A DNA stretch of 64,000 bases from Takakia lepidozioides (taxonomy: Eukaryota > Plantae > Bryophyta). The translations under genes and the position numbers were made by a program. The DNA lies in the NCBI GenBank assembly GCA_030704615.1, contig CM060731.1:66526001-66590000 (forward strand). Direction: 5' to 3'. A model generated the notes under the pieces. That model did not search any database. It worked only from the letters and a program-made list of their open reading frames with translations, and was not told where the DNA came from. Of the stretch, positions 1 to 14,874 are shown one piece after another. Within the stretch, counting starts at the first letter, position 1; every line of letters begins with the position of its first letter.

Positions 1-251
1 GCCATAATCCCAAGCAACCCCATTGTAGTAGTTCTGCTGTAACTGAAAATACAACTGTCATAGTATGCTGCTCAACAAGTATTACATAAAAGGTAAACTG
101 ACCACTTATCTGGGTCTGAAGGCCCAATGACAACTAATCGAACCAGCCCAGATAACTCTCCTCATCAAGTGATTCTTCCCCATGAAGAATCAATGCTCTG
201 AGAGTCTTGCTAAGGATGAAGTGGGAAAGGGAGATAAGGCAGCCGATGTAC

Positions 252-3200
252 CTTGCGAGGGCATGTGAGCCACTGTGAGCGACCCATTAGATTCGCAAGC
301 TGCAAAGAGGACAAACAAAAACCATCGGTCTCTTTTTCTCCTTCTTCTCATGCATCTATCTACAAAGACTTCTGCCTGAGGTGCCTAAAGGCGACAGGAA
401 CAAGATGTGAATACACGTGAATGTGGATGTTGACAGAACAAGTACCTCATGCTCCAGTTTCACAGAGCCACACGTATACACAGCTCCTCAACCAAACACA
501 GTAACAGAACTAAGGACAGGGACAAAGTAAGCTCACCAAAAAAGCGGAGATAACAGTTGTGACAGAAGCTCCAATAAACCCCTCCCAGGTCTTCTTCGGA
601 GAGAGTTTGATTAAAGGGGTCTTGCCAAAGTAGAAGCCAAAGAAATAAGCCGCAATGTCATTGATCACAATCAATGATGCTGGTAGTAAAAACCTGCACA
701 ACATGAGGCAAAGGACACCAAATACTCAAGATTGAAGAGTTGTATGGATGCACAACCCACTCGCAAGCCAGACACAATATATAGGCTACGCAGAACAACT
801 CTCATAGGGGGTCAACTTTCATGCAAACAAAGACATGCTTCATATAAGGAGATACCCTACCAGATAATGCCTTCAAAGATGTTGGCAACAGTGAAGGAGG
901 ATTGCGCAAATACTACAAATAGAATCATGTGGGTCCATGCGTACTGCCCAAACTGATATTGGTACATTCCCTTTTTCAGGGTCAGGATGAACAACACAAA
1001 CCCTGCACCAGACATTCAAGGTGTGATGTAGTGGAGACAATGATAGACTACAAAAAATGTGGTTGTTGTAATCAGCTTCAAAACATTGCAAGGAGACAGG
1101 AAAAGAAGGAAATGAGGAGTAAGGGAAGGGAGCAGGGGGGAGGGAATTAAGAGAGAAGGTGAATTCCACAGTAAAGCTTTTCTGGTTTAGAGATAAAAAG
1201 ACACCTGCAATGTACATGAAGTAGCAGATGATCATGTGGTACTTGATGAGGCCGCTGAAGAGATGTGAAAGAATTTGGTCTGAATGGATGGTCTTGACCA
1301 GTTGCTTACTCAAAAAGCGACCGTACACATACAACATTGCTGTGATGAAGAAATGCCTGACAAACAGCCAGTTTAGTGCCCCCACTTCACTTTCTCTGCT
1401 TCCATCAACTTCTTTTCAAGCTTCCACCCACACACATTTAAGTCACCTTCAAATCTAGGTTCAAAGGACAGATATACTGCCAAACAGTTCAAAGTTGAAA
1501 GTTCCTACCTTCCAAATACAGACAGGACAGCAGACATACCAGTTGAGTAACCGAAAACCAGGGAGCTGTTTCTCCCGTTGTGATGCACGCGCAAGTATAA
1601 AAAGCTCCTTTGCCATGTAGAGTTGGATGACAACAATCATGGCCCATATATAGAGATGGCCCATGCACAGAATCAGCACAAACCCACCTATCATCCACAC
1701 TGATGATAGCGTGCGAGTGCGCATTTTCCTGTATTTGATGGCCATGTCATCCTCTGGCTGGTTGTCCTCATTTTCCTTGGTTGATTCCAGAAGACCCTGT
1801 CCAAGCAGATAGGAGGCATCATGCAACAGAACTTATTGCTGCTCTCGGAGAAGGGACGCTGCTGGTGTGCAGGATCCACATCCAACATCATAATTAGCAA
1901 GCAATCTTCAATGGCAGAAAAAATTAGTGTAACCTATTGTTATTACCAATGTACTCGCAGTGCTCCACTGTAGTTTGATCAACATTAGCGATACAGTTAC
2001 CGGTTTTCCACCCATGGTATAAACCCAGAGTTGATACAGACAAGGTCACCACAGGGTACCTTTGGCAGGGGATAATCGAGCGATGACCTTGTAATGCAGA
2101 ACCAGCCATGTGTCTTGAGAATAAAGAACAAAAGAGTTAGATAGGTCCAAATGGCAAGTTGAAGATGCAGGCATCATATCAGTTCTTATGCCCCAGCTTC
2201 TTAGAACTTGTTCAAAAGAAGTGTTCTGCATTATTGACTTAAAGGCACTGTCTCCAAAACAGCACTCAAGTGAACTGGAAATGATTTTATATCCGACATG
2301 TGCTTTACATGCACAAATAGTATGAACTATACAAGCTGTCCATAATTGACAAACATTAATACAAATTAGCAAAGTGAACCATACTCCAGAGTGCGGCCTG
2401 AAACGCCCTCAGAAAACAATAACAGACCCATAAAGGTCAACAACTTGGACTCTTCTGCAAGACTGGCAGGTTACCAACCCACAAGGAACTCAACAGTATC
2501 CTGCTAAGTACATCCTGCTAAGTACTCACTTTCAAATTGTGGGCTGCTAGAATGGGAGAATCCCAAGGCCCGTGTTCCACCCTCTCCCTCACACTTACCC
2601 AGAATTTGTGAAGGCATTTTACAGCTAGCAATTTCTAAGGCTCATGAGAAGATTCTGTTGATCGGAACAGAGGGATGCCTACCAGGAAGCCCCCACAGCA
2701 TTTAGTTGGAAATAGATGCAACCAAAGGAATTCCGACAGTACGACTACATCACTACCATATGCAGCTTGAAATGAGATTCACTACTTGTGTCAAACCAAA
2801 TAGTTGTGCAATTTCAAATCAAGTTCAATCATGAAACTGTCAGTCTATCAATCATCGACAAACAGGACCACAAAACAAGAACTGAACATCAGTAGTTAAT
2901 GATATATTGACATTGTGCAATCATAATGGAGCCACAGCCAGAGAACACATAGTCTGAGAGGCAGCTTAAGCCGTACCCCTAGAGGGGCCAAACCTCTCAG
3001 CTGTACCTACAATTACAGCTCCCCAAACCAGTTTTCAAAAACTTCCACTCTCAGATGCCCACCTACTGCACAACTTGGCAACTAATATTTCCTCTCCCTA
3101 GGGCATTTCCGGAAACCAATAACAGTCTAAACAACAGACACATTCCTTCATAACTTGTTTCTCGCTCAAATATCCAGGTGCTATCGCAAGTAACATTTCA

Positions 3201-3736
3201 AACTTCAACAAATTCACACAGGAGATATAAGCAGACAAGACATGTGCTTCATTCAATCCACCATGGGGGTCATCCAACAGGGTCTACTTGAAGTGAAGGA
3301 TTGTGATGCAAAATTAGCCTGCCAGTTACCCCACTGTGCCCAGAGTTGTGTACATAACAACAACAAAGATAGTTTTGGGCCGGAATTAGGGATGGTCGCG
3401 ATAGAAGACAGATTCTTCAAACAGCAACCTTCCCTGGAAGGGCTCATCAGTGCCACTCTCCTGCTTCAAACTGGAAGCCTCATGCACTAGTAGATGTTTG
3501 CAGGGAGGCAATTCACACCGTCGCCCTCCCAACCTGTCGACCCTTACAGTGTTGTTCCCAACCTCTTAACCCCAACTACCGTGGCTACCTTTCTTGTTGA
3601 ATAACTTCTACTTATCAGTGGCAAAAAGGAGAGGATCGGGCCAACTTACCCGGGATTCCTCACTACTACGCCTGCGGTGGCGATGGCGTGCAGATCCAAC
3701 GTGAATACCACTCGGCGAGACCGGCACTCCCTTCAT
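252..3736 (-). CDS. CDS1: Phosphatidate cytidylyltransferase / CDP-diacylglycerol synthase, 3' part beyond the window start. Exons 3736-3650, 1796-1540, 1356-1205, 1002-861, 693-537, 299-252
   Basis: Exons with GT-AG borders join in frame: [21 protein letters not shown]|..[28 protein letters not shown]|HFF..|[32 protein letters not shown]|[41 protein letters not shown]..|[24 protein letters not shown] is the CTP_transf_1 signature. Paralog number is uncertain. Confidence 0.93.
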
Positions 3737-4836
3737 CGCGCCTCCAATCGCTTCTCTCCCTCTCCCTCCCCCTCTTCTCCTCTTGTTTCTATTCCTCTTC
3801 TCTACTTACTCCCCTTCTTCTCCGCTCTCTCGTCTCGTTTCCTCTCTGCTTCCCTCTTGATTTGTTTCCTCGCTAATCAGGTACAAATGGAGCAATGCAG
3901 CAGCCACACGTGGTCCTCTAGAGACACCAGCTTTTTTGAGGACGGTGCGTCTCCCTAGTCCCTACTCGCTTTCACATAACCGGGACAGTTCCGACTGAGT
4001 CCCTGGGTGGGCATCGGGAGAGGAAAAATATGTACCCCCATCAAACCTTTAAAAATTGAAATCGTAGAGGATGTCCCAATGTAAGTGGGAAAAAAAAAAG
4101 TTGATAAAATGGGACACAGTGAGGACACTCCGGTGTGAGAGAGACTGAAACTCGTCATTCTTCTTTGCTGTAGTTTAGATAGTTCAAGACGGGCGTTGGT
4201 GAGGAACATTTTTCTGGAACAAAAGTCATCATTCAATGAAGATCAGACACCAAACACATCCCCTGGTCATGGTGTGAAGAACCAGAGAGGGGATATTTAC
4301 TAACTGGACCAATCTGGCTGAAAGTTAATCTTTCTGTGTCAACTGCAATCCCACCCCCTCTCTAGAATCTTATTATCTCTTCAATTCAGGTCTATGACCA
4401 GTCTCTCCCACTTGAAATCTACCTCCCTCAATCCGGACCACAATTCTGAGGCTTCTTACAGAATTTCAGCAACCTTTTACAGTGCCACCCTCTAAGGCAA
4501 CTTCTCTAGATAAGCAGAAGCCCCGCCCTGTCTTGGATAAATCTACATTCACTTTGATGATCATCTCATGGAACCAACTACTATAAAATATATATGCTCA
4601 AAATGTAACCTAGAGAGGGACTCAGCTTGCAATGATAAGGCTACTCTCTGGTAGAATTACACCACCCAGTAGTCTAGACACTAGCTTGGACAACTGGGAG
4701 CTTTTCTTTCAAAATGCTCTCCCAAGATGGAAGAGCTGGGTGTTTTTTAAGATAACTCGGCTAAACTGTAGGACCTGTTTGCTCTCACTAATCTTGTACA
4801 GAAGTTCAATGTATGACAGTGTTCTGTGTCATCGAC

Positions 4837-7709
4837 TTATGAGGTGCTTGTCTCAGAAGAATCCCGAACAGCTTTGTTGAATCCCACATATCTCCGTTTG
4901 TCTGTATCAAACAGGTGGCACTGAGTGATAATAGTCGTGATGAGGGGGGCACCAAATTCTGCTTTGTTGAGGTACTTGTCCCAGTTTTCTTGAAGGGAGG
5001 CATATGCCTTACGAAGGTTGTAGCTTGGAATCCTGGAAGAGATGTGGTGAGGTATGTGCACACTGATGTCATGGCAGAGGAACTCGATCCTGTGACAGCA
5101 ATCAGAGAAAGTATGAGTATCTTGTAGCATGTCCACAACAAGCATTACTGCAGAAGGAATGTAGGAAACCTGCAACCAAACAGGACAAACCCTCCATTTT
5201 CTTCAAAATCTTTCTTGCCTTCTTCAGCATTTAGCATGGCAACTTGTGGCAGAAAATGGTAGAATGTGAGAGCACAGAGGATTCAAGAACATGTAGGAGA
5301 AGCGACACATATACCAAACATTATAGAGTTTGTCGGGTGGTTTACCAGGCTGGATAGTCACAGTGAACAGTGCCATTAAGCTGTGCATCTACGGCGTTCC
5401 ACTCACGAGCTTGCTTGAAGGGAATATGAGGTGCAGTGTGGTGGACCAAGGTGAAAGTACTCATCCAGAAGTGATAGCCCAACCAGGGAACGAACCACCA
5501 CTTTACAAAGCCTAGGGGACCTTGTGTGATGAGCAGTGGCAACAATACAAAGATACAGAATGCACCCACAGCAGCCCAGCTCACCTGCCAATCATCACAC
5601 TCCCATGAAGAGTCAGCACTGTTTCAGAGCATGACATATCAAATGTGCATGTTAGAAGAATCTCCAATCCAAACACAGTGAGGGTGGGACAGGACAAAGA
5701 AGAGAGTTTTGGTAGGGAGGCTCCCTGAAAGAATGACCATAATTCAACTAAACTGCTTATTGTACCTAGCTTTCACTGTAGTGCAATATATTCAGCAGCA
5801 TGGTTCCTGAAATATGCCAGTTGGTCAGTGTTCCAAGAGAAGCTCAACAAGACTCCTTTTTCCCTGGTGTGGGTTCGCGTGTTTCAGCCAAAGTTGAAGT
5901 GCCCTACCTTGACTTTTTGGTGGTCTTGGGGACGATACTTCTTGAGATCAAAGTGCCACATCATCCAATGCCCCACAGAAGCCATCCACCAGAGGGGTCC
6001 CATGGCAGCCTCCATTATAAGCCTGGACCATGGCCCTGCCTTATCATACTGATAAGGCCGGAACGGTTGCCATGCTGTGTCCATTATCAACCTGCTCCCA
6101 AAAATCAGCTTGGGCTGTGAATCATTAGAAGACGCAATGATAGCAAAGAATCTGATTTTCTACGCAGTGTGAGCTGTCACTTCATTCTGGTTTGCACCCT
6201 GCACGTCTAGTGGACATGGAGAACATCCACAGGGCCCTATCCTATCCTAATGCATCTGACAAGACAACCAGTTTCACTACTAATGCTATATGAATCACAG
6301 ATAGCCCAAACTCACTTGTTGGTATGGGCGTGGTGTGTGTTATGCTTAATTCTCCAAGGCTCAAATGGGTAGATCAGAGGCGCAAACATGATGGTCCCCA
6401 CCACATCATTCACAAGTTGGTTCTTCGAGAAGGAATTGTGCCCACAGTCATGGCCAACAACAAATAGGCCTGTCATGGCTGTACCCAGATAAGCATACAC
6501 CACTGGATACAAGTACCATGGAGCAACAGCAAGAGCAGCGAATCCTGCACCCACTGCTGCAAGTGTAATTGCAACAGTCCTCCATGCCTTCACATCGTCA
6601 ATCTCAAATACCTGTTCACAGGGTCAACCAAGGAATGGGCATATACTAAGATAATCTCACAAAATGTCCATCTTCAGAATCTCACAATATCACACATACA
6701 CTAGACAAAGTTATCACCCTCTCACATGAGAGTCACGCAGTGGCAATCCTTGAATGTAACCTAAGAGAATTTCTCAATTTCTTTAAACTGAATCATTTTA
6801 GCAACTATAGAACATTGTACACCACTACCTAGGGTCAGTAGAGCGTAAGTACGATCTCTAACAGAGCAACTTCTCCCTGTCCTCTAGGAAGCCTATTGCC
6901 ATTGGGTAGACTTGATACGGGAGTACATTAATGTCTCTGTGACTAAATGCCGGCCTTGTGACCTCGTGTCTTTATTTGCTTTGACCTGAAGCGCTTTGCT
7001 CCAGGTAAGGTAGTGCATCGGATTTAGTTGGAAAGCTTGGGGCCTTTCCCTCATTTTTTTTTTCTAACAGAGCAACAGCCCAGAGAAAGAGCCCCCAAAG
7101 AGAGCACCTTACACTAGAAATAGGACATGCAATGTGATTTGAAAAATCTTTCAGATATAGCATACCTCCTTTGGAAGGCTCTTCACAACCTCACTCAAAG
7201 TGATTCCCTCAGGGACCTGCGAACAAAAAAGAAAGATTCAAACGTGAAAGAGTTTACATTAGAATCTAGCAGTTGTATAGAAAATTGTAACAAAAAAAAG
7301 TCAAATGAAGTCCTCCTTCCAAACAAATGAAAAATAAACTCTTACCGGTTCTCCAAGTTGAGTAAATCCTGGGACAGAGATGAATCGCTTTGTGATGGGA
7401 GCAGCTGTGGCCCTTGTTGAAATGTTCCGAGGCTTCGCAATATATTGTCTCTGTGTGGACACAAATCATACTCAGTCGGTTACACGCAGATGGACATTAA
7501 ACTATCCAAATCAAGCCATCTTGTTGGATTGGCAATTTTCCATAGAAACTCGCAGGTATGAACAGGAAGCATGACGGCCAACCTGTAAATAAAAAAGGCC
7601 TGGAGACAGAAGGCCAAACTCAGCTTACCCTAATTGGTAACGCAAGTCCTCTAAGTGGAGAATTCTCCAGTGCAACGCTGCCACAAGATGGTATCTTTGA
7701 CCCTAACAT
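4837..7709 (-). CDS. FAD6: Plastid omega-6 fatty acid desaturase. Coding exons 7709-7629, 7450-7346, 7216-7166, 6611-6316, 6091-5908, 5584-5346, 5089-4837
   Basis: The spliced product has an S/R/A-rich transit-peptide-like start (MLGSKIPSCG..ISTRATAAP), then GFTQLGEP|VPEGITLSEVVKSLPKE|VFEIDD. It has three His boxes (HDCGH, HNTHH, HIPHH) plus HFWMSTFTLVHHTAPHIPF and VHCDYPAWIEFLCHDI. All junctions are GT-AG and in phase. Confidence 0.93.
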
Positions 7710-9485
7710 GCATGTAGAATTGGCTCTAGCAGTTCTCTGCAGATGCAACAAGCACAGGTGGTCAGAAAACGGGAAAATCAACTCCAGACAGCTTTCTGTA
7801 GCTGTAATCCCTCATACCACTTTTGAGTCTGTCTCCATCCATCAGTATCACAATGATAATGAATACATAGCCACGTCAAAAATGAAACAGCTACGATCTT
7901 GTGAATAAGAACTTCAAATACGAACTTGGAAGTGCCAGAGCAGACTACTGTACATTATCTTCACAAGAGAAGCAAGTTGCAGGTTTAGAATTACCAATAC
8001 AGACCAAAAAAAAAGTATGCTCTAGCCTACCTAAACGAACTCCATCTTAAAGAAAAACAAATAGGCAGGCCTGCCAGATGCTTGCATCAGGACAAGGGCT
8101 TTTATTCATGAAAGCGTTTAACATTAAGTGAGCTAGTGAGCACCAACATAGAAGTTAAAACAAACTGAGACACAGATATATATGTTTTTATATGGATTAA
8201 ACAGCTTTAGCTGACTGCACTGGCAGCAATTCAACCAAGCTATGACCCAGTTCCATTTCTTATTGAAACTCAATCCACCTGCACAAATGATGTACAGCAG
8301 TGGCGAACGTCCCCCCAGTGTTGGCTAAAGTATCTTGACAAACTGTCAACATTCCTATTTATCTCTTCCCACCCGTAATAGACTTGAAAGGAATTTCGGT
8401 ATTTGATCAATGTGAGTGCCAAAGGTCCGTTTGATCGTGTATCCAAAATGTCCGTAACAGTCACAATTTTTCGAGCCTGGCATCTTGGAACTCTGACACA
8501 CATATATACAGCAACAAGACCTTCGCGAAAGCAACAATGTAGCAAGGTGCGCACAAGTAACTCTAGACGTGAGTAAGAATAGAACCTCTGCAGTGAAATG
8601 TGATGCCACTGCCAAACTGAAACTCTTATACTTCACAGCCATCATTTCGCCGCTTGGTAGTTATTCAACCACCTGCACAAGCATGGACGTATAAGCTTGT
8701 AAACGTTGAATATTCTTCACAGTTCCTTTAACTCTCAAGAAAATACCCATTCGTTGATGAGTCTCGCTACCAGTGTCTCTCGGAAAACTGCAGATCCCGA
8801 GACTCTCTGACATCAACTTTCCAGTATGTGTACGTTCACATGTGCATATGGAAAGGTCAGTAGCCTTCGAACACTCAGGCCTTCAAACATTAGCTTCTGT
8901 TACACTGCAGCTGTGTAGCCATTCTGCTCAGAGGGCCAATGGCACGAGAACTACAAAGAAGGGATTATAGTCTCGCCGCTTAGGCACAGCAGAATAAATA
9001 CTCTCCATCCGGACAAGTTTGTGGCTTGAGAACAAACTAAAGATCTGTGATTTACTCCATCAGATGTAGTTGCGCTCTCATCCGATAATGCTAGGCACAC
9101 GCTCTCAGATCGCTTTCAAAGGCCATCACCAGCTCGGTGATCTTCAAATGTATCCGCACAGGTCCAAGAGTATTTCATCGCGGCAAGTTTGTTGGAAGCA
9201 ATAAATCCTTCCTAGCAAGTCCTTTTCATCAACGTTACACAATGCACAAACGGCACAAACCCGCTGCGCATGGGGTGAGTTCTACCCCTACTCGTGTTCA
9301 TATTTTCTGGGCGTTGAGTTCTCCTCAAACTGAACATTCACTCCCCTTGCTCCATCGCTACCTCGCTCCCACAGGGAGCGCCTCTAAGTACCAGACGCCA
9401 ATGTCCAGATTTTCACACATGCATACATAAAAATGCAACTACTCCCCGCCAACCGACGAGAAAATCGATCCCCCCGAATCCTTAC

Positions 9486-9660
9486 CTTCCACCCGCAAAC
9501 ACCCCGCGGGACGGAACTCCGACACTCGATACGAGGCTCCAGAGCTCCCAACAACGCGCACGGCAAGCACCAGCAAGTACAGCAAAGCTTGGCCTTAATG
9601 AAGGGCAGAGGTGAAAGATCAGCCTGGTGAGAGTGCTGCCCCTCTTACTGCAGCCAGAGA
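9486..9660 (-). other. Probable 5' UTR exon of FAD6
   Basis: GC-rich segment ending in a strong donor (GGAAG/gtaag at 9486/9485). The next acceptor in the model is ctgcag at 7737-7742. The TSS is not determined. Confidence 0.5.
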
Positions 9661-11892
9661 GCGAGCGCGTGCGTGTGTAAGCTTTGTCCTGGCACTTGAG
9701 GCTATAATTACTCCCGTCTCTGAATAGCCGCTTTAATAGCCACGACAAGGAGCTCGCCTTTCTCTTTCGCCATTTTCGGCACCGACTGTGCTCCATCTCA
9801 GTTATTGGCAAAAGCATTAAAAGCAGCGCAAGACATAGACTCTGACGATGCTTGGATTTATCAATGTTGGTCACGACAAACTTCAAACTTTGTCTATGGC
9901 TTGGCATGACATATTCTTTCACAAATTCTACAACTTTATTTTCTATTTTTTTTACCTCCATCAAAGCTTACTAAGTTATTTTTCGGACAAAGATTGAAAA
10001 GAATTAATATGTTTTGGGAATAAAATCTCAGGGGCTTAGTTCGATCACTCACTTTTTTTTTTTATAAAGAAAGTGGGACGGAGGCCCTTTTAATCAAATT
10101 ATTAAATGAGGAAAAAATAACCTCCAAAACCCTCACTTCGGTTCTGAGGTCTCTCTCCCAGTTTGTTCACTGCTTTGGCACGGTTATTAAGCCGTGCTCT
10201 CGCATTCCCCCACACCTTTATCATGGTGTGTAATGCCTAGTTATGTTTGTTTTTTATTTTTTCCAAATTATGGTAATTCTCTGGGTTTTCTTAAGTAGAA
10301 AAGGGAGTAAACCAAATCTAAAGGCTACTTGGCGAGGCTATTTTTCCTTTTTAGATTTGGTATAAGGCCCATAAGGCTTACTTGGTGAAGGGAGCCCTCT
10401 TAGAATCCACATAGGGACTAGAGATAACCAAAAACAAAAAAACCACGAGAGAGCCCCAAAGGATGGCACTAGACTAGGTTCAGAAAAACAACTACCACTA
10501 AACACCAAGGGACAAGGGAAGGCCCCCAAAAACAAACAGCAAACATGAATCTATTTTTTTTATTTTTTATTTTATTTTTCTATTAATTAATGGAAACCAC
10601 AATAATCCAGTATTGACTATTCAAATTAAGCACAGAAACAGGGAGTGTAAAGAACGACATAGAGCCCACCTGCAGAAAGGGGCAGTATCCGCAAGGGGAA
10701 GAGGCTCTTATTTACGCTAACTCCGGTTGGCATCATTTCGTCTTCTAAAGAACCACCACCGACACCCAAAGGACGCCCTCCTCATAGGCTTTGAGCTTTC
10801 TTCTTTGAGTTCCGATTTTGATTCATGATGTTACCAATTGATGTCCACCGAGATTTTATAATTTTTCCCTCCTTATCGATTAATTGTAATGGCTTTGCCT
10901 AAACCTTTTTTCAACAAATCCCACTGCATTACAAATTCAAAAATGCATACCTACCACTCACAAGCTGACTGATAGTTGTGATGGATGGGAAAGCGCCCTG
11001 ACTCCTCTGTGTTATCCGAAGTACAAATGTCAGGCCTTAGTCGATGAGGACAACGTGGGCTGATGGATGGAAAACACGGTGGCCCAAAATTTTGAGGGTG
11101 CCCGCCACAGAGCCTTGAAAACTCCGTCCAAGCGTGCGCAGAGCGTGTGAGCAGTCCGCGTGTGGATGCGTGCATTAGTGAGTGTGCGGCTGCATGGATC
11201 CCTGGTAGTTAGGGCATGCCACCCTTTTCGATGTAACTAACTACTTTCGTCGTTTGTGCAAACGAGAATCAGTAAGTAACGAAAGCCTTGAGGCCATGAA
11301 TCCATCATCCAGCTCCGTGAAACATCCACCACCCATCCAAGATCTTCAACATAATTCATTATTTCATATTTTAGGGTGGTGGTAGGACGGTAAAGGGATC
11401 AAATCTTGGTCACATTTGACGTCCACTCCAGCGAGGGAGAGAATCAAATGGGACAAAGAAGTGGGTCCTTCAGAGTCTTGGACTCCCCATCTTGGGATTT
11501 CTCCAGGAATTACAAAGTAGATTTGAGGACGATTAAGCACTTTGCCGGTCAGCTTTATTTTTGAATCCTGTCCTTTCTTCTGCTGTGTCAGCTATATTTT
11601 GAATCCTGCCTTCTTCCGCTTGTCAGTATGCCTGTAATTTTTTTCCTATATTCTTTCCATGGGACGTTTGTAACTTTTGTTCTGGTGGATAATTTGAGCT
11701 AGGCCTATGTGATGGTTCTCTTGTCCCTTAGTCACTTCATTGTGTCAAGAACATTTTTACTTAGTTTTATGCAAGTGTCTATGCCATTTTTCCTTAAAAA
11801 ACTGCAAGGAAAAAAGTGATGTATCAGTGCATATGATTTTTGACAAGTGTTGGGTGGTTTTCTTTTCTTCGCACCGGTCAATAGGTTTGTGC

Positions 11893-14295
11893 CAGTGTTG
11901 GGCGGATCTACCATTTTTTTTCATATACGCCTGTTCCGGATATTAAAAAAATTTGGATTTTAGATATCCGCCGGGTCCAGGTATTACCAACCTGACAAAC
12001 AGCGGATCCGGGTATGCATCCGGTTATTAAGGTTAGTGCTGAGATCCGCCAGCTATTGACGGGTATTAGCCGGATATCTGCCGGGTATAGGATTTGCATT
12101 TTCATATCCGCCGTTTATGCATCAAAGTTCGCAAATGCAGGGGGATTGACCTTCCTAGGGGATAGAACCTTGCCCAAAACTTGATCTCTACTTGATTAGG
12201 GTCATTGATTGTGTCTCAGGGATGACAAATCCACTGCCGCCCTCTGGGACAAGCCAGTCAATGGGCTATCCATTCCCATTTCAATTGGTTTTTGTCATTA
12301 CCGCTGGCTGGACTGCAGTTTGATCCCGGTGAATGGGCATGGATGGATAGCGCTCATTCCCCTTTCTTTGCTAAATCTGTCAAACTCGTTTACTCTCTTC
12401 TCTCGCCAGCCCAATCCTTTTCCAGTAAGTGGTCTGAAAAATGGGATTCGCTTCTAAGAGGACAGGTCAACTGGGCTCAGATTCAAGGAAAGAAATCTGG
12501 CGCAAGGACCGTGCTTCAAAACTTTCGGCCTTCCTTTGGAAAATAGCTCATCAAATCCTGCCAGTAAAGTGTTCATAAATTCTGACAACTTGGACTGTAA
12601 TATGTGTCCAGGAAGCCATGAATCTCTGGAACACTGTCTGGTGAGATGTCCAAGGGCAAGCGAAGTTTGGTCTCCGGTCACCAATGTCTATTTCAATTGG
12701 GAATCTCCTCCTCCCCTATCCCCCCCTCCCTCCCTCTTCCTGCTGAATGTTGGAAATGATGGTCCTATGCTTACGTGCCCTGTGTGGGGATGCTTGAGAG
12801 CTCATTCCCTGTGGGCAATTTGGAAATCAAGATGTGCTTGGATCTTCCAAGCCAGGAAACTCCCCAGTCTCAGAGCTATGCTATTTCATGTGTATGTTGA
12901 CCTGATGACTAAGGGGAGGAAAGCCTGGGTATCTTTGAGTGCAGCTCTTCCCCGAGCTTCAAATCGGCGCAGGCTGCAGTTCTCCAGAGGTTTGACATCA
13001 CCTGGGGTAAGAATGGCCTCCTCGGCTCCCGTGTTTCCGACTCCGCAGTACAGTGGAAAGACACCCCCCCCCCTCCAATGGGAAGTCCCCGGCTGATGGA
13101 GAAGAAGTGGACTTCAGCTGGTGCCACAAACGTGCTAGCTGGGACTCTAAATTCAAAGCGCAGCTTAATTTTAGTGCCCCAACACCCTGTAGGTAGTCAT
13201 TGCAAGACTGATTCTGCTTCGTGGTAACTTCTGCTCGAAATTTTGCCTCCTTAGGTACCTCTGTTACTCAGCCTCTCTCTTGTAGTGTTGCATAAGGCAT
13301 CCTATATGACAGCACCCTCTCTGGTCAACACCGGTGTTGGCCGGGTACCATGTTTTGAGCCCTCTTCCGGTCCGGTTATGGCCTACTCCTTAAAAAAAAA
13401 GGATGGCCGGGGCAGGATATATCAATAGGTTTGAAAAACATATCTGTTACAGGTTCTCATTAAACACATGAATTTTTTCTTGTCCAGTTCTCAATCTACC
13501 GGTTATGCCATCTTAAAAATTGCTGGTTCCATGGTACGGGTTATGGGATTCATCCATTTTATATTTTTACTTTCTCTAGCATTTTTGTGTGTGTGTGAAA
13601 GTACACAAGAGGGCTCTGGCCTGGTGGTAAGCCACTCGTGGGTTGGCCTGTGGGTCTTGGGTTCAAACGTTCAACCCCTATCATCTATCTATTGCCTTCA
13701 GGCTGCCCCTGTAATACACCAAGTTTATAACTAGCCAAAAGCCCAACTAATTAATTTCTTATTTACTTGGGCATCCTCAATGTTGTGCACCTAATCTCCC
13801 CAACTATTGTAAACGTATCGTTACTAGTAAGACATAATCAGGATCTGTCCATCTGCAATAATCTTAACTACCATCACCCTACCATCACCAACCCCTATAC
13901 CTATATTATCTAGAACCGCCGCTACGCCATCCCCATTTGCTCCCTCCGGGTATAACACCCTTATAATCACAATGCCGGCCAGTTAGGAAGCTCGATGGCT
14001 TTTGCCGGTTCCCTTCCATAGCCGGTTCCTTCGGGGCTGCACTTTCCGGGTAGGCCTCCGTCCCTTTTCACTAAATAAATAAATAAATGTCAGATAACTG
14101 TCACATTTTAATTTTTAAAAATAATGTATATATATATATCTATTTATTTAAAGTTAAAACCCGGACCTTGACCCGCTATACTGCCCCACGGGTAGCGGGT
14201 TTAACGGGTTATGGAAGCAAGCGGGTCCGGGTCCAGGTTCATTTTAGAAATGAACTCGGGTCCGGGTAACCCGGACCCAGACCCGCACAACACTG
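11893..14295. mobile_element. Degenerate non-autonomous hAT-like element
   Basis: Ends CAGTGTTGGGCGG...CCGCACAACACTG with CCGG/ACCCG subterminal repeats. Flanks (GTTTGTGC / GTATATTC) match only 5 of 8. Confidence 0.55.
12120..13400 (+). mobile_element. 5'-truncated L1-like LINE fragment (zf-RVT C-terminus) nested in the hAT element
   Basis: ORF 12536-13096 has CNMCPGSHESLEHCLVRC and LWAIWKSRC; poly(A) at about 13393-13400. Confidence 0.8.
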
Positions 14296-14414
14296 GTATA
14301 TTCCAGTGTTGGACCTGTATATAGATCCAACCTCGGTAGCAATACTGATATCAACCCGGTAGGTAAGACCATACCCGGTTGGTAGGTATACATGCAATAC
14401 CATACTAGGGGCGC

Positions 14415-14871
14415 CTCAGAATTTTGTGTGGCCTCGTCCTAATGAAGCCGCAGGGTGCAGAGGGACAAGACCTGACAGCGGCCCCGCTACATTAAAATGA
14501 TCCCTATTCCCGTTTCTCTTATATATCAAAACAAACTACAATATGTCAACATGGTGGAGGTTGTGGTATGGTGGTATGGTGGTAGGGTGATGGCAGTGCG
14601 ATAGTGTAGGCCTTGGGTTCCATTCCCAAACTGTGGTTCATGTGGAAGGCGCTGACTACAACTACCTCCATGGAGGTAATGTGTAGCCACTCTCATGCAT
14701 GTAGTTCAGCTTGGTTTTGCAACTACCTTCATTTAGAAAATCCTAAAACTACATGCATGGAGGTAGTTGTAAATTTCATATGCCAAAAAAAATTCTAAAT
14801 TTGCTCCTATATTAATGAGGCGGCGGGCCCCATTGTCTGACCAGCCTGACCAGGCCACACAAAATTCTGAG
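14415..14871. mobile_element. MITE
   Basis: Perfect 20-bp inverted repeat CTCAGAATTTTGTGTGGCCT (14415-14434) / AGGCCACACAAAATTCTGAG (14852-14871); no TSD seen. Confidence 0.7.
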
Positions 14872-14874
14872 CCA

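Noticed and set aside
9482-9964. 160-aa ORF upstream of FAD6
   Set aside because: It spans the probable promoter and UTR, and has no recognisable homology.
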